A stretch of 64,000 nt of DNA from positions 804 to 64,803 of the IMG/VR virus record IMGVR_UViG_2841770359_000005. One strand, written 5' to 3'. This document shows positions 29,060 through 38,044 of this stretch, one piece after another. The position numbers were made by a program, and so were the translations under genes. The DNA is from a virus (taxonomy: Duplodnaviria > Caudoviricetes). How positions within the stretch are numbered: position 1 is the stretch's first letter; the number at the start of each line of letters is the position of its first letter. A model generated the notes under the pieces. The model was not told the origin of the DNA. It searched no databases and was given only the letters and a program-made list of their open reading frames with translations.

Positions 29060-30643
29060 TCAGTCTCCTTTATAGTCCTGTGGGTTGATATCTGCTGGTA
29101 CTCTCCAACCGTTGGCTGCGATTCGGTCAATCATTTTCCGTGCTGTCTCAAATTGCCAGGTACCCACATGCTGGAACCCACGTCCTTCTAAAAAGCGTAT
29201 CTGTTTCGGTGTTGTAAGCCCCTCTGTACGGCGCTTATCAAGACGTTCTAAAAGCTTCGTGGCTTTCCCGGCATTGTCTATCTCATCCGGAAGGATTCCC
29301 AGCTTCTCCAGGGTTGCTTTCTGTTTCTCAGATGGTGGGGCGCATTCCCACCCAAACGCCGGTACATATCCGGATAGATCTTCTGCCTGGATGGACATTT
29401 CAAACTGCAGCGGATCTACAAGCTTCTTTTTCCGTCGTTTCATCTCTGCAAGCTGTTTTGCCAGGGCTTCCTCACGCTGTGCCACAACATCACTTGCAGC
29501 TTTTTCCTCTGCTTCTTCGATATCTATAGGGCACCCCGCAGCTTCTTCTAAGTTCTCCGTCATCTTCTGGGCCACCTCTTCGTTGTCGCAGATCAGGCTG
29601 GCCGGATGGCATAACTCATGGCGTTCAGTGTGCCAGAGGAAGTCCAATAAAAGCAGGTGGTCCTTGCCTGGATGCAGCCTGGTACCCCTTCCTACCATCT
29701 GGCAGTACAGGCTCCTTACTTTTGTCGGTCTCAATACCACGATGCAACCCACACTGGGACAGTCCCATCCTTCTGTCAGCAGCATACTGTTGCACAATAC
29801 GTTATAATGTCCCGCTTCAAAGTCTGACAGCACCTGTGCCCTGTCCTGGCTCTCCCCGTTCACTTCGGCAGCCTGGAATCCGTTTTCGTTCAGGATATCT
29901 CGGAACTTTTGGCTGGTCTTCACCAGCGGCAGGAAGACCACGGTTTTCTTGTCCATGCAGTATTTCTTCATTTCCTCGGCAATGCCATATAAGTATGGGT
30001 CTAATGCTGTACCCACGTCACTTGCCTTGAAGTCCCCGGCCTGGACGCCTACGCCGCTCATGTCAATTTTAAGCGGCAGTGTCAGCGCCTTGATAGGTGA
30101 CAGGAATCCTTCCTTGATTGCTTTCGGGAGCGTATACTCATAAGCCAGGCTTTCAAATACCTGGCCCAGATCCCGCATGTCCCCGCGGTCTGGTGTAGCA
30201 GTCACCCCTAACACTCTCGCATCCGGAAAATGCTGCAGCACCCTCTGGTAACTGTCGGAAATGCAATGGTGAGCCTCATCAATGATGATGGTATTAAAGT
30301 AATCGGCCGGGAACTGTCCCAGCCGTTTCTCTCTCATTAATGTCTGCACAGAGCCGACCACGATACGGAACCAGCTCCCCTGACAGGATTCTTCCGCTTT
30401 TTCTACAGCGCATCCCAAACCAGTTGATTTATGTATCTTATCGGCAGCCTGCTCCAACAGCTCCCCGCGGTGTGCCAGGATAAGTACCCTGTCACCATGC
30501 CGCACGCAGTCCTCTGTCACTTTCGCAAACACGATAGTCTTACCACATCCTGTAGGAAGGACAAGCAGCGTCTTTTTCACGCCGCTGTCCCACTGTTCAA
30601 AGATAGATTCCCGCGCTTCCTGTTGATATGGTCTTAGATCCAT
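29060..30643 (-). CDS. SF2 DEAH-box helicase
   Basis: PTGCGKT, DEAH, TATP, QMVGRGTR. Confidence 0.92.
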   Translation of the reverse strand: MDLRPYQQEARESIFEQWDSGVKKTLLVLPTGCGKTIVFAKVTEDCVRHGDRVLILAHRGELLEQAADKIHKSTGLGCAVEKAEESCQGSWFRIVVGSVQTLMREKRLGQFPADYFNTIIIDEAHHCISDSYQRVLQHFPDARVLGVTATPDRGDMRDLGQVFESLAYEYTLPKAIKEGFLSPIKALTLPLKIDMSGVGVQAGDFKASDVGTALDPYLYGIAEEMKKYCMDKKTVVFLPLVKTSQKFRDILNENGFQAAEVNGESQDRAQVLSDFEAGHYNVLCNSMLLTEGWDCPSVGCIVVLRPTKVRSLYCQMVGRGTRLHPGKDHLLLLDFLWHTERHELCHPASLICDNEEVAQKMTENLEEAAGCPIDIEEAEEKAASDVVAQREEALAKQLAEMKRRKKKLVDPLQFEMSIQAEDLSGYVPAFGWECAPPSEKQKATLEKLGILPDEIDNAGKATKLLERLDKRRTEGLTTPKQIRFLEGRGFQHVGTWQFETARKMIDRIAANGWRVPADINPQDYKGD

Positions 30644-30654
30644 TCCGCGCCTCC

Positions 30655-31095
30655 TTAGAATTTACCTGGTTCAAATTTCTTTGCTTCTTTGGGGTAAAGT
30701 TTTTCAATCTGGTTAAACTTTTTTGATGGGTCTTTTGTTCCAGGAACAATAGTGACTTTTGCACGTCCAGTCAGCCCCGGAAGAGCAGGCCAGTTCATTC
30801 TGAGCGGTTCCCCTTCCTTCTTCAGTCCCACACTGCGGAATAACTCAGATAACTTCCATTCCATTTTTGAGTGCAGTATGAAATTTTCGCGAATCGTTAC
30901 CTCCCTGTCCCGGTCATGGATGATAAAAAATACTGTTGCCATGTTGCAAGGGGGAAGTTTCCCCTCTCCCTTTGACCTGCCACGTTCAAACTTTTCTATT
31001 GTAAAATTGTAATCCCCTTCAGGGACAGGCTCAAAGTCCTGCCCATCATCTGTAATTGTGTCATCCCATCCCAGTTCTTTTCCTTCTATTCCCAT
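30655..31095 (-). CDS. Putative single-stranded DNA-binding protein (DUF669-like)
   Basis: P.G.Y.F.I motif; position after the Sak4-like ATPase. Confidence 0.65.
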   Translation of the reverse strand: MGIEGKELGWDDTITDDGQDFEPVPEGDYNFTIEKFERGRSKGEGKLPPCNMATVFFIIHDRDREVTIRENFILHSKMEWKLSELFRSVGLKKEGEPLRMNWPALPGLTGRAKVTIVPGTKDPSKKFNQIEKLYPKEAKKFEPGKF

Positions 31096-31106
31096 AGTTA
31101 TCCTCC

Positions 31107-32258
31107 TTAAATTTCAAATGGAATTTCTTGTTTCTCTCTCATTTCTTTGATCATGTTAAAAACCTGTTCCCAGGCTGCCACCAGTACACCGGATATAAAA
31201 TCTGGTGGATAGTCCCGTATCGGCATATCATTGGGGAAATACCCCCTTGCTGCCACAACATTCTGAATGTCCCACTCATCCACATGGTTTGTTTCCATAA
31301 GGTCGCGTAGTTCTTTAGGTATCTGTGGGTCTTGCGGTGGGAACAGTTTTTCTTTTGGCGGATCCGGTTCGTTCAACGGAAGGTTCATCTGCTGAGCTGT
31401 CTGTGCCGGAACACCTTCAGCAGTATTACTTTCAACATCCCTGAATTGTTCGTTGTACCTGGCGTTTGCCTGTGGTTCCGGCTGGCTTACTGGTGGTCCT
31501 GGCTGTGATGTCTGCTTTTGCACTGGCGCGGCCTCTCCAATGATATGGGCAATGGATTCATACTCAAACGGCACTTCTTCCGGCAAGCCATAACGGTTTT
31601 TTGCATCCCAACAGGGGTGATGTGCCGTATACATGACACGCCTGCCTCCCTGGGCCTTGTGCTTCTTGCCTTTATCATCAACGGCCACAGAAATGGTTTT
31701 GTAATTGGCAAACAGCAGCATGTCCGCCCACTCCTTGACCAATGGCGAGGTCTGGGAGGATGTTTTCTTGCCCAGTTTCAGCTCCCACCGGTCATACGCA
31801 CCAAGTTCATCAGGCTGTTCAAACTTTCGGATTTGGGCATGGGCCGTAAGCACTACATGTATGCCCGCTTCTACAATCTCTGAGAGTTTATTTAAAAAAC
31901 GTCCAAACTCTTCTTTGGTATAAACATATCCGTTGCCATAACCAAAATCTTCAATGCCTGATTTTTGATGTTTATTACAGATGGATTCCACACACATCTG
32001 TTCCGCCCAGTCAATCGTGTCAATAACCAGTGTCTTGCAGGTTTCAGGATGTGTCCTGACGTAATCAATCTGGTCAAGCAGCATCTGCCAGCTTGTGGCC
32101 TTGGGGAACCTGGCGACATCCATAGAACTGGTACTTCCCTCCGTGTCAATGAACACGGGGTCTGGGAACCGACTGGCAAAAGTAGATTTACCTATTCCTT
32201 CTGGACCGTACACCACCACTTTTTTTGCACACGGTATTTTCCCTTTGATAATCTCCAT
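31107..32258 (-). CDS. AAA_24/Sak4-like recombination ATPase
   Basis: YGPEGIGKS, LVIDTIDW, AKNR. Confidence 0.85.
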   Translation of the reverse strand: MEIIKGKIPCAKKVVVYGPEGIGKSTFASRFPDPVFIDTEGSTSSMDVARFPKATSWQMLLDQIDYVRTHPETCKTLVIDTIDWAEQMCVESICNKHQKSGIEDFGYGNGYVYTKEEFGRFLNKLSEIVEAGIHVVLTAHAQIRKFEQPDELGAYDRWELKLGKKTSSQTSPLVKEWADMLLFANYKTISVAVDDKGKKHKAQGGRRVMYTAHHPCWDAKNRYGLPEEVPFEYESIAHIIGEAAPVQKQTSQPGPPVSQPEPQANARYNEQFRDVESNTAEGVPAQTAQQMNLPLNEPDPPKEKLFPPQDPQIPKELRDLMETNHVDEWDIQNVVAARGYFPNDMPIRDYPPDFISGVLVAAWEQVFNMIKEMREKQEIPFEI

Positions 32259-32259
32259 T

Positions 32260-33549
32260 TTAAAATGCACCTGCCTTCCATGATTTCTTTGGTTCGGGCG
32301 GTACCTCCTGCCCTACTACATACCCATCTTCAATGATTATGCTACACTCATCTCCTGTGCTGACTCTGGTAGCAATAGCCTGTAATCCCTCTGCTTCCAG
32401 CCACTGTCCAAACTCCTGCAGAGTATCCATGTCCATCTGCTCCAGTTTGTCCAGGAGCACAAATCCGCAGTTCGGATTCAGCTTCCTGACAATAGCCGTG
32501 GATACTTTCAGGCGGTCAGAACCAGACATGTTATCCCACTCCTGCTCCTTATATACCAGTTCTCCATCCCTGACGGATAATTCCGGAAGAGGCAGTTCCG
32601 CAGTGTCTAAAAGCTTCTTTTTCTTGTCCCTGGTCTCATCAATCTTTTTCGTAAGTTCGTTGTACTGGTTTCTGTAATGCAGAGCATCTTCCTCGGCCTT
32701 ATCTTTGTCCAGGTTAGCCCGCACCTTGCGGTTGATCTCTTCAATATTAGATATGCTCTCTTCCAGTTCCGCTGTAGACTGGTCCTGCAGGTCTGCTACG
32801 GACATTTTGGCGATCTCAATGTCATTCTTGACCAATTCCAACGCCTGACGCTTTTCTTTCAGTGCTTCTTCCAGATCTGCAATGTCAGTATTTAAGCGCA
32901 CACACTGATACTGGAGCGTTTCCAGATTATCCCGCTTTCTCTGGTTTTCACCATTCCGGGCAAGTATCTCCTGTTGCTGCTTGATCAGCTCTGTGGGTGA
33001 TACCAGTTCCTTCGGGACGTCCGGATAAAAAGGCTGCTCTTTGGCATACTTCTCTTTCTGATCAGCAGTATGCCCAATATATAGACGCTCATTATAAAGC
33101 TCCTTTTCTTCCTTCTCCAAAGTATCTAATGTCCCCCCTACGCCAATGATCTGCAGGAGGGTCTGTGCTTTTTCTCGGCCAGAGGACTCCATAAACTTCG
33201 GCAGGTTCAAGGCCAGCTCCTCCACGAACTCATTTAAGAGCTGCTGTCCAGCCTTCTGCCCACTGGGATCCGTAACCTTTAAAGTACTGTTCTTGCCTTT
33301 ACGCTCTACCACTAATCCATTGTTCATAACAATATGTAACGTTGGCGGTATCACGGAACCCTCGCGTGTTGCCTGTGACGGTTTGAACCGCTCCCCGCCC
33401 AGTGCCCAGGCAATGGAATCCAGCACAGAGGTCTTTCCCTGATTGTTTTTGCCGCCGATGATTGTCAGGCCATTCTGACTTGGTTCCACTTTTACAGCTC
33501 TGATACGCTTTACGTTCTCAATCTCCAGCTTATTTATCTTTAACGGCAT
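32260..33549 (-). CDS. SMC/RecF-like AAA ATPase with coiled coil
   Basis: GKNNQGKTS, MSGSD signature, LLDKLE. Confidence 0.85.
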   Translation of the reverse strand: MPLKINKLEIENVKRIRAVKVEPSQNGLTIIGGKNNQGKTSVLDSIAWALGGERFKPSQATREGSVIPPTLHIVMNNGLVVERKGKNSTLKVTDPSGQKAGQQLLNEFVEELALNLPKFMESSGREKAQTLLQIIGVGGTLDTLEKEEKELYNERLYIGHTADQKEKYAKEQPFYPDVPKELVSPTELIKQQQEILARNGENQRKRDNLETLQYQCVRLNTDIADLEEALKEKRQALELVKNDIEIAKMSVADLQDQSTAELEESISNIEEINRKVRANLDKDKAEEDALHYRNQYNELTKKIDETRDKKKKLLDTAELPLPELSVRDGELVYKEQEWDNMSGSDRLKVSTAIVRKLNPNCGFVLLDKLEQMDMDTLQEFGQWLEAEGLQAIATRVSTGDECSIIIEDGYVVGQEVPPEPKKSWKAGAF

Positions 33550-34163
33550 TTTTTTGTCTCCTTTCTCACAACACAAATGGTGCTTTTAACGCGGTACACC
33601 TCCAGCATATCTCTCAGTTTTTTATAACTGAGGTAGGAATGTATCGTCTTTATCCGCTTTTTAAATTCCTCTTCCGTGTCGTATTCAAAAACCATGTTCT
33701 TCATGGTAGTTCCGATAAAAGCATTGATCGCGATAGTCTCGTCACTACCTTTATTGCCCGGCTTTTCCGGTAGATTTTTTACATTATATTTAATTTGCAT
33801 CTCGTCTCCTCCGATATAGAGATAATCAAGGTTTTCGTAAGTTACTGTATCCATGAGGGTAAAACCATCCTCTCCCGGAAGCTCTGCATCCAGGCTGACC
33901 GTCTTGATCTGGCGTGATTGCTTTCTCATTTCGTTGCTGATCGCTGACCTCATGGCCTGACAGGCGATGGTATTAAACTTCCAATTTTGAAGCTGTGGCT
34001 CCCGGAACCATCTCTGTACTGACAGCAGGTACCGAAAGATCACTACGTCATACCATTCCGCCAGATCAAGGCCACGCTTCGCCAGATACAGTTCCACAAT
34101 ATAATGGTTAGCCTCGGCAAATGCCTGCTCCATCTGCGTAAGTGGTTGATTCTGGGCTCTCAC
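33540..34163 (-). CDS. Sigma-70 region-2-like protein fused to a small C-terminal domain
   Basis: F.TIA...MR..I.NE.RK...SLD pattern. Confidence 0.6.
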   Translation of the reverse strand: MRAQNQPLTQMEQAFAEANHYIVELYLAKRGLDLAEWYDVVIFRYLLSVQRWFREPQLQNWKFNTIACQAMRSAISNEMRKQSRQIKTVSLDAELPGEDGFTLMDTVTYENLDYLYIGGDEMQIKYNVKNLPEKPGNKGSDETIAINAFIGTTMKNMVFEYDTEEEFKKRIKTIHSYLSYKKLRDMLEVYRVKSTICVVRKETKKCR

Positions 34164-34169
34164 ATCCCA

Positions 34170-34463
34170 TCACCTCACTTCATCGGGGGGGGCATCCTTC
34201 GGTAGTAACATTTCCAGTTCTGCTTCGGCATCTTCCAACCGATTCCTAAGTATGCCAATCAATAACTGTTGCATAAGCGCTTCTTGGCCATCATCCAGGT
34301 GACAATCATTTAAGTTGATATCAGGGCGGATACTACCTATAACCTTGATGTCAGCGCCGTGACCGATTTCCTCGATAGCGCTGCTGCATTTCCCTATAAT
34401 CTTTCCCATACGCTCGATATCATGCATACACTTTGTGGCTCTGGTGATTAATTCTCTGTTCAT
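34170..34463 (-). CDS. Hypothetical phage protein
   Basis: GGAGGA RBS, 97 aa. Confidence 0.65.
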   Translation of the reverse strand: MNRELITRATKCMHDIERMGKIIGKCSSAIEEIGHGADIKVIGSIRPDINLNDCHLDDGQEALMQQLLIGILRNRLEDAEAELEMLLPKDAPPDEVR

Positions 34464-34508
34464 CTTGACTTTCCTCCTGTCTTCCCTCTATAATGAGGGT
34501 GTGATAAT

Positions 34509-34700
34509 TTATTGAGTCCCTGATTGCTTGCCGGCCTCAGGGGCTTTTCCAGTTTTTATAAGTTCGTACAATTCTTTGATGTCTTCATCTCCTGTCAGAT
34601 ATGCAAGGGCATATTTCAAGCGGCTGTCAGCATCCTCTAAATCGTTGTCCCACGTGTTTATTAGCATACTGTCTATGCATTCTCTTGTTTTATCTTTCAT
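34509..34700 (-). CDS. Hypothetical phage protein
   Basis: GGAGGA RBS, 63 aa. Confidence 0.6.
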   Translation of the reverse strand: MKDKTRECIDSMLINTWDNDLEDADSRLKYALAYLTGDEDIKELYELIKTGKAPEAGKQSGTQ

Positions 34701-34873
34701 GGCTCATCCTCCTCCGGTATCTCCCGGCCCCAGCAGTCTCTGCAGTCCAGATTATTCGGACAATCAAAATAATTTTCGTATCCAAAATCATCTGGGCATA
34801 TGCTACTGTAGGTTTTAAGAGTTTTCTCAAGCATTTCAGGGTGTTCTTCCATTAGTTTTTCTCTAAACGTCAT
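34697..34873 (-). CDS. Small Cys-rich protein
   Basis: CP...CP...C..CW; GAGGAG RBS. Confidence 0.6.
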   Translation of the reverse strand: MTFREKLMEEHPEMLEKTLKTYSSICPDDFGYENYFDCPNNLDCRDCWGREIPEEDEP

Positions 34874-35048
34874 AGTGTTTCCGTCTCCTCTCTTCCCAAT
34901 CTCGTGCAACCTCGAAAGCCACCACCAGCAGTACAAAGATAAATATGTAGCACATAACCGCCTCCGGTGCATCCCGTGGCTGCCACCATCCTGTTAGGGT
35001 CGCCAGCGCTGTGCATAGGGCGGCATCTTTTATTGTGGTGTAGTGCAT
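34863..35048 (-). CDS. Small membrane protein
   Basis: Hydrophobic stretches; GGAGGG RBS. Confidence 0.55.
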   Translation of the reverse strand: MHYTTIKDAALCTALATLTGWWQPRDAPEAVMCYIFIFVLLVVAFEVARDWEERRRKHYDV

Positions 35049-35380
35049 GAGCTTGTCCCTCCTTCCTCCATAACAGTTCTGTTACTCCATCCTATAATCT
35101 GTACAAGGTTCTCCGGGTGAAAATCCGGCGTGTACTTCCTCGCGTGACTGTCCTGTAACATTTTTCTATATTTGAGAAAATCCAAAAACACCAATACATT
35201 CACCAAAACAAGTTTTCCATCACGGATCACAGCATAGTCGTTATATCTTCCATTCTTAATTTCCTCCTCGATTTCACGGAGCCTATTATGCACAGTACCT
35301 TCACTTATATGAAATTCTTCGGCTAACTGCTTTTTATGCATGTATGGATATCCGCGGATTGATTCTGTATACATCTGCAT
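35030..35380 (-). CDS. HTH DNA-binding protein, excisionase-like
   Basis: QLAEEFHISEGTVHNR HTH; early-lytic position. Confidence 0.65.
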   Translation of the reverse strand: MQMYTESIRGYPYMHKKQLAEEFHISEGTVHNRLREIEEEIKNGRYNDYAVIRDGKLVLVNVLVFLDFLKYRKMLQDSHARKYTPDFHPENLVQIIGWSNRTVMEEGGTSSCTTPQ

Positions 35381-35471
35381 GCAATCACCTCCTCTTGTTT
35401 TCTTTTGACACTCCCTTTATAATGTACTTACAGGCCCCGCCAGGCCGAGTAAAACAGAAGGAGAATCATAA

Positions 35472-35819
35472 TTGAAGTTTGACGTTCATCCTCCAAAGAT
35501 TAACATTGAGATTCCAAAATATGATGTTACAATGCCTAAATTTGATGTTCCTAAAATTGAACCTCCGGAACTATTATTTATGAAAACTAAATCAAGACTT
35601 CCGGGGTATGAAGATTCAGTTTTAGCAAAAATGGCTGATGATATAAAGTCATCTTACGAAAAACAATTAAATGAAATCTCAGCGACACTTAACGAACAGC
35701 TTGATATGGCAAAAGCAGAAACGGTTGCTGCTAAAAAAGAAGCTCTTATTTCAAAGACAATTGCCATCGTTTCTCTTATAGTTTCTATTGCTATTGGAAT
35801 AGTCCAAATATTCTTATAA
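35472..35819 (+). CDS. Counter-oriented accessory (moron) membrane-anchored protein
   Basis: AAGGAG RBS, upstream TATAAT, PK repeats, C-terminal TM helix, AT-rich. Confidence 0.65.
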   Translation: MKFDVHPPKINIEIPKYDVTMPKFDVPKIEPPELLFMKTKSRLPGYEDSVLAKMADDIKSSYEKQLNEISATLNEQLDMAKAETVAAKKEALISKTIAIVSLIVSIAIGIVQIFL

Positions 35820-35925
35820 ACAAAGATGTAACACTTATCAGCAAAGCACATATAGATATAACCTTTGCTTGTTTGCTCCACTTATGTGCTTTGCTCAAGT
35901 TGTCATCCCACGGCAAACCTTTCAT
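35791..35925 (-). CDS. 44-aa membrane peptide
   Basis: AGGAGGTGG RBS; MKGLPWDDNLSKAHKWSKQAKVISICALLISVTSLFIRIFGLFQ. Confidence 0.55.
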   Translation of the reverse strand: MKGLPWDDNLSKAHKWSKQAKVISICALLISVTSLFIRIFGLFQ

Positions 35926-35948
35926 CTTCCCACCTCCTCTATTTTCCA

Positions 35949-35999
35949 TTGACACAACCATACGTTCGTTTTATAATAACTTTATCGAACATAAGTTTG
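35949..35999 (+). promoter_or_regulatory. Consensus sigma-A promoter with LexA (Cheo) boxes
   Basis: TTGACA-17-TATAAT (35949-35977); CGAACATAAGTTTG at 35986-35999; degenerate box in the spacer. Confidence 0.7.
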
Positions 36000-36001
36000 T
36001 A

Positions 36002-36220
36002 TTATTGACACTTAAACAGATAAGATAACTCCATCTTTGGAAACCACGAATCTCGAATAATAACACATTCTGTATACAACCATTGAGATTCTCCTTTAAA
36101 TCGGGAACACACTGTGCTATATGACACATTAATTAATTTAGCCACATCACTCCTTGTTTTTCCGATTCTTTTCATTTCTGCTTCAAGGTTATTGCATTTT
36201 ATCGCAAGCAACTTTATCAT
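36002..36220 (-). CDS. Cro-like HTH regulator
   Basis: NLEAEMKR...DVAKLINVSYSTV; divergent from the repressor gene. Confidence 0.8.
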   Translation of the reverse strand: MIKLLAIKCNNLEAEMKRIGKTRSDVAKLINVSYSTVCSRFKGESQWLYTECVIIRDSWFPKMELSYLFKCQ

Positions 36221-36312
36221 CTCCTTTACTTTATTGCGGTACGCCGCAATTTCTAGCTATATATTATTGCATCGCATCGCAATTGTCAATAGTTTTTTGC
36301 AATATTTCGCAA
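36192..36312. promoter_or_regulatory. cI/cro operator region: four TTGC-N8-GCAA palindromes
   Basis: 36192-36207, 36234-36249, 36267-36282, 36297-36312. Confidence 0.75.
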
Positions 36313-36378
36313 CTAATTATTTACATTCTGCGAAAATTGCGGTATTATTTAGCTAAAGATATAAAAAGGAGTGGTGAT

Positions 36379-36708
36379 ATGGAACGTGCGAAAATTTTAA
36401 GAAGATTAATGGAAGAACAAGGATTAAAAGTTTCTGATATAGTTAAACGCTCGGGTATTGCTTATTCTACTGTAAAATCGATATTAGAAAATGGCATAGA
36501 AAAAACGAGCTACGTCAATGTCTGCAAGATTTGCGAAGCGCTCGGAATTACCACAGACCAGCTAGAGCAAATGGCTAGAAGCGAAAGGGAAACCAAAAAA
36601 GAACCATCTTATAATGATGTAGAACGCCTCATAGCAAGAAATGGAAAGCAAATGTCCAAAGAACAGAAATTACGCCTAATACAACTTTTGTCCGAAATAG
36701 TAGAATAA
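36379..36708 (+). CDS. XRE-family prophage repressor (ImmR/cI-like, no autoprotease domain)
   Basis: AAGGAG RBS; HTH SDIVKRSGIAYSTVKSIL...ICEALGIT; 109 aa. Confidence 0.85.
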   Translation: MERAKILRRLMEEQGLKVSDIVKRSGIAYSTVKSILENGIEKTSYVNVCKICEALGITTDQLEQMARSERETKKEPSYNDVERLIARNGKQMSKEQKLRLIQLLSEIVE

Positions 36709-36723
36709 TACTGGAGGACAAGA

Positions 36724-37317
36724 ATGAACCCCGAAAAATTACATCAAAAAGTCTGGGAGGTTTGTAGAGACTGTAATATTAAGAATTTTCCGTTTGATTG
36801 TATCTCCGTATTGGAACATTACGGATTTCGAGTTTTCACATATGAGAAAGCTAAATGTATACACCCTGAGTTGTATTCTCTCTGTCGTGAAATGTCAGAT
36901 GATGCCTTTTCGGAAAAGGCATTAAAGATTATATTGTATAACGATAAAATATGTAGGCAGAGAATACGTTTCTCTTTAATGCATGAATTGGGTCATTTTG
37001 TTTTGGAGCATGACACGGATTCAGAAGATGCCGAACAAGAGGCTAATGCCTTTGCTGCCAATCTATTGGCCCCTGAAGCCATCATAAAATATCAGGGACT
37101 CTATAACGCTCCGATTCTGAGCAATTATTTTGGCATTTCTATTGCTGCCGCTAATCACACTATAATGAGAACAAGATGTTGGTCGTATTGGAATATTGAT
37201 AGGTATGAAGCAAATCTTTTAGCTTATTTATACCCTAAATCTTCCAGGCTTCAATTCGATGAAGAGGGCAATGTATCCTGTGTCAGATTAGGCGCTACAC
37301 ATTATTTAGTTTCTTGA
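36724..37317 (+). CDS. ImmA/IrrE-family metallopeptidase (anti-repressor)
   Basis: RFSLMHELGH and E.EANAFAANLLAP. Confidence 0.9.
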   Translation: MNPEKLHQKVWEVCRDCNIKNFPFDCISVLEHYGFRVFTYEKAKCIHPELYSLCREMSDDAFSEKALKIILYNDKICRQRIRFSLMHELGHFVLEHDTDSEDAEQEANAFAANLLAPEAIIKYQGLYNAPILSNYFGISIAAANHTIMRTRCWSYWNIDRYEANLLAYLYPKSSRLQFDEEGNVSCVRLGATHYLVS

Positions 37318-37367
37318 TTAATTTGCTTCGGCGTTTTAATAAATAAATTCTAAAAGGGGGAATTAAT

Positions 37368-37895
37368 ATGGCGTTAATTAAATGTCCTGAATGCGGGAAA
37401 GAGTTCTCTGACAAGGCACCTGCATGTCCAAATTGTGGATATCCAATCGAATACGTGGTTCCGGAAAGTAAAAACATCAAAAACGATGATGAACCTCTCC
37501 CCAAAAAACAAAGTACATTAAATAGGCTTTTGTATGGCGACGGTCCAACTAATAAGAGTCTTAGTGAGGCTCTTAAAGAGGAATACCCCACCGGACAAAC
37601 GCCATCCACAAAAAATTCTGGATTCAAATGCCCTAAATGCAAAGGACACAATATTGATTTATGGTCTAATGATGCTAACATGAAAGAATTTCAACGCACT
37701 GGGCTGAATCTTAATCCATTACATCCTCTTACACCATTAAAAACAAAAACTATAAAAAAAGAGAAAAAATCAGCAGCAAAAATCGGTTTAGGCTTAATGA
37801 CAGGAGGAATGTCTTTATTGGCAACTGGAGTTAATAAAAAAGCTCACAATGAGTATTATTGTAGGGACTGCGGTCATAAATGGATTGGAAAATAA
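37368..37895 (+). CDS. Zinc-ribbon membrane protein (lysogeny accessory)
   Basis: CPECG..CPNCG, CPKC, C..CG; G-rich hydrophobic segment. Confidence 0.7.
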   Translation: MALIKCPECGKEFSDKAPACPNCGYPIEYVVPESKNIKNDDEPLPKKQSTLNRLLYGDGPTNKSLSEALKEEYPTGQTPSTKNSGFKCPKCKGHNIDLWSNDANMKEFQRTGLNLNPLHPLTPLKTKTIKKEKKSAAKIGLGLMTGGMSLLATGVNKKAHNEYYCRDCGHKWIGK

Positions 37896-38044
37896 AGAAA
37901 CCGGCCCCTGGCGGCAACCAGGAACCGGTAAAATATCTCCGGAGAGATACTACAAAATCTAGCAACTATATTGTACCATCTCCGGTGACAGTCTGCAAGA
38001 GACAGGCTGTCTTTTTTGCACCCAAATTTAAGGAGGTATACAAT

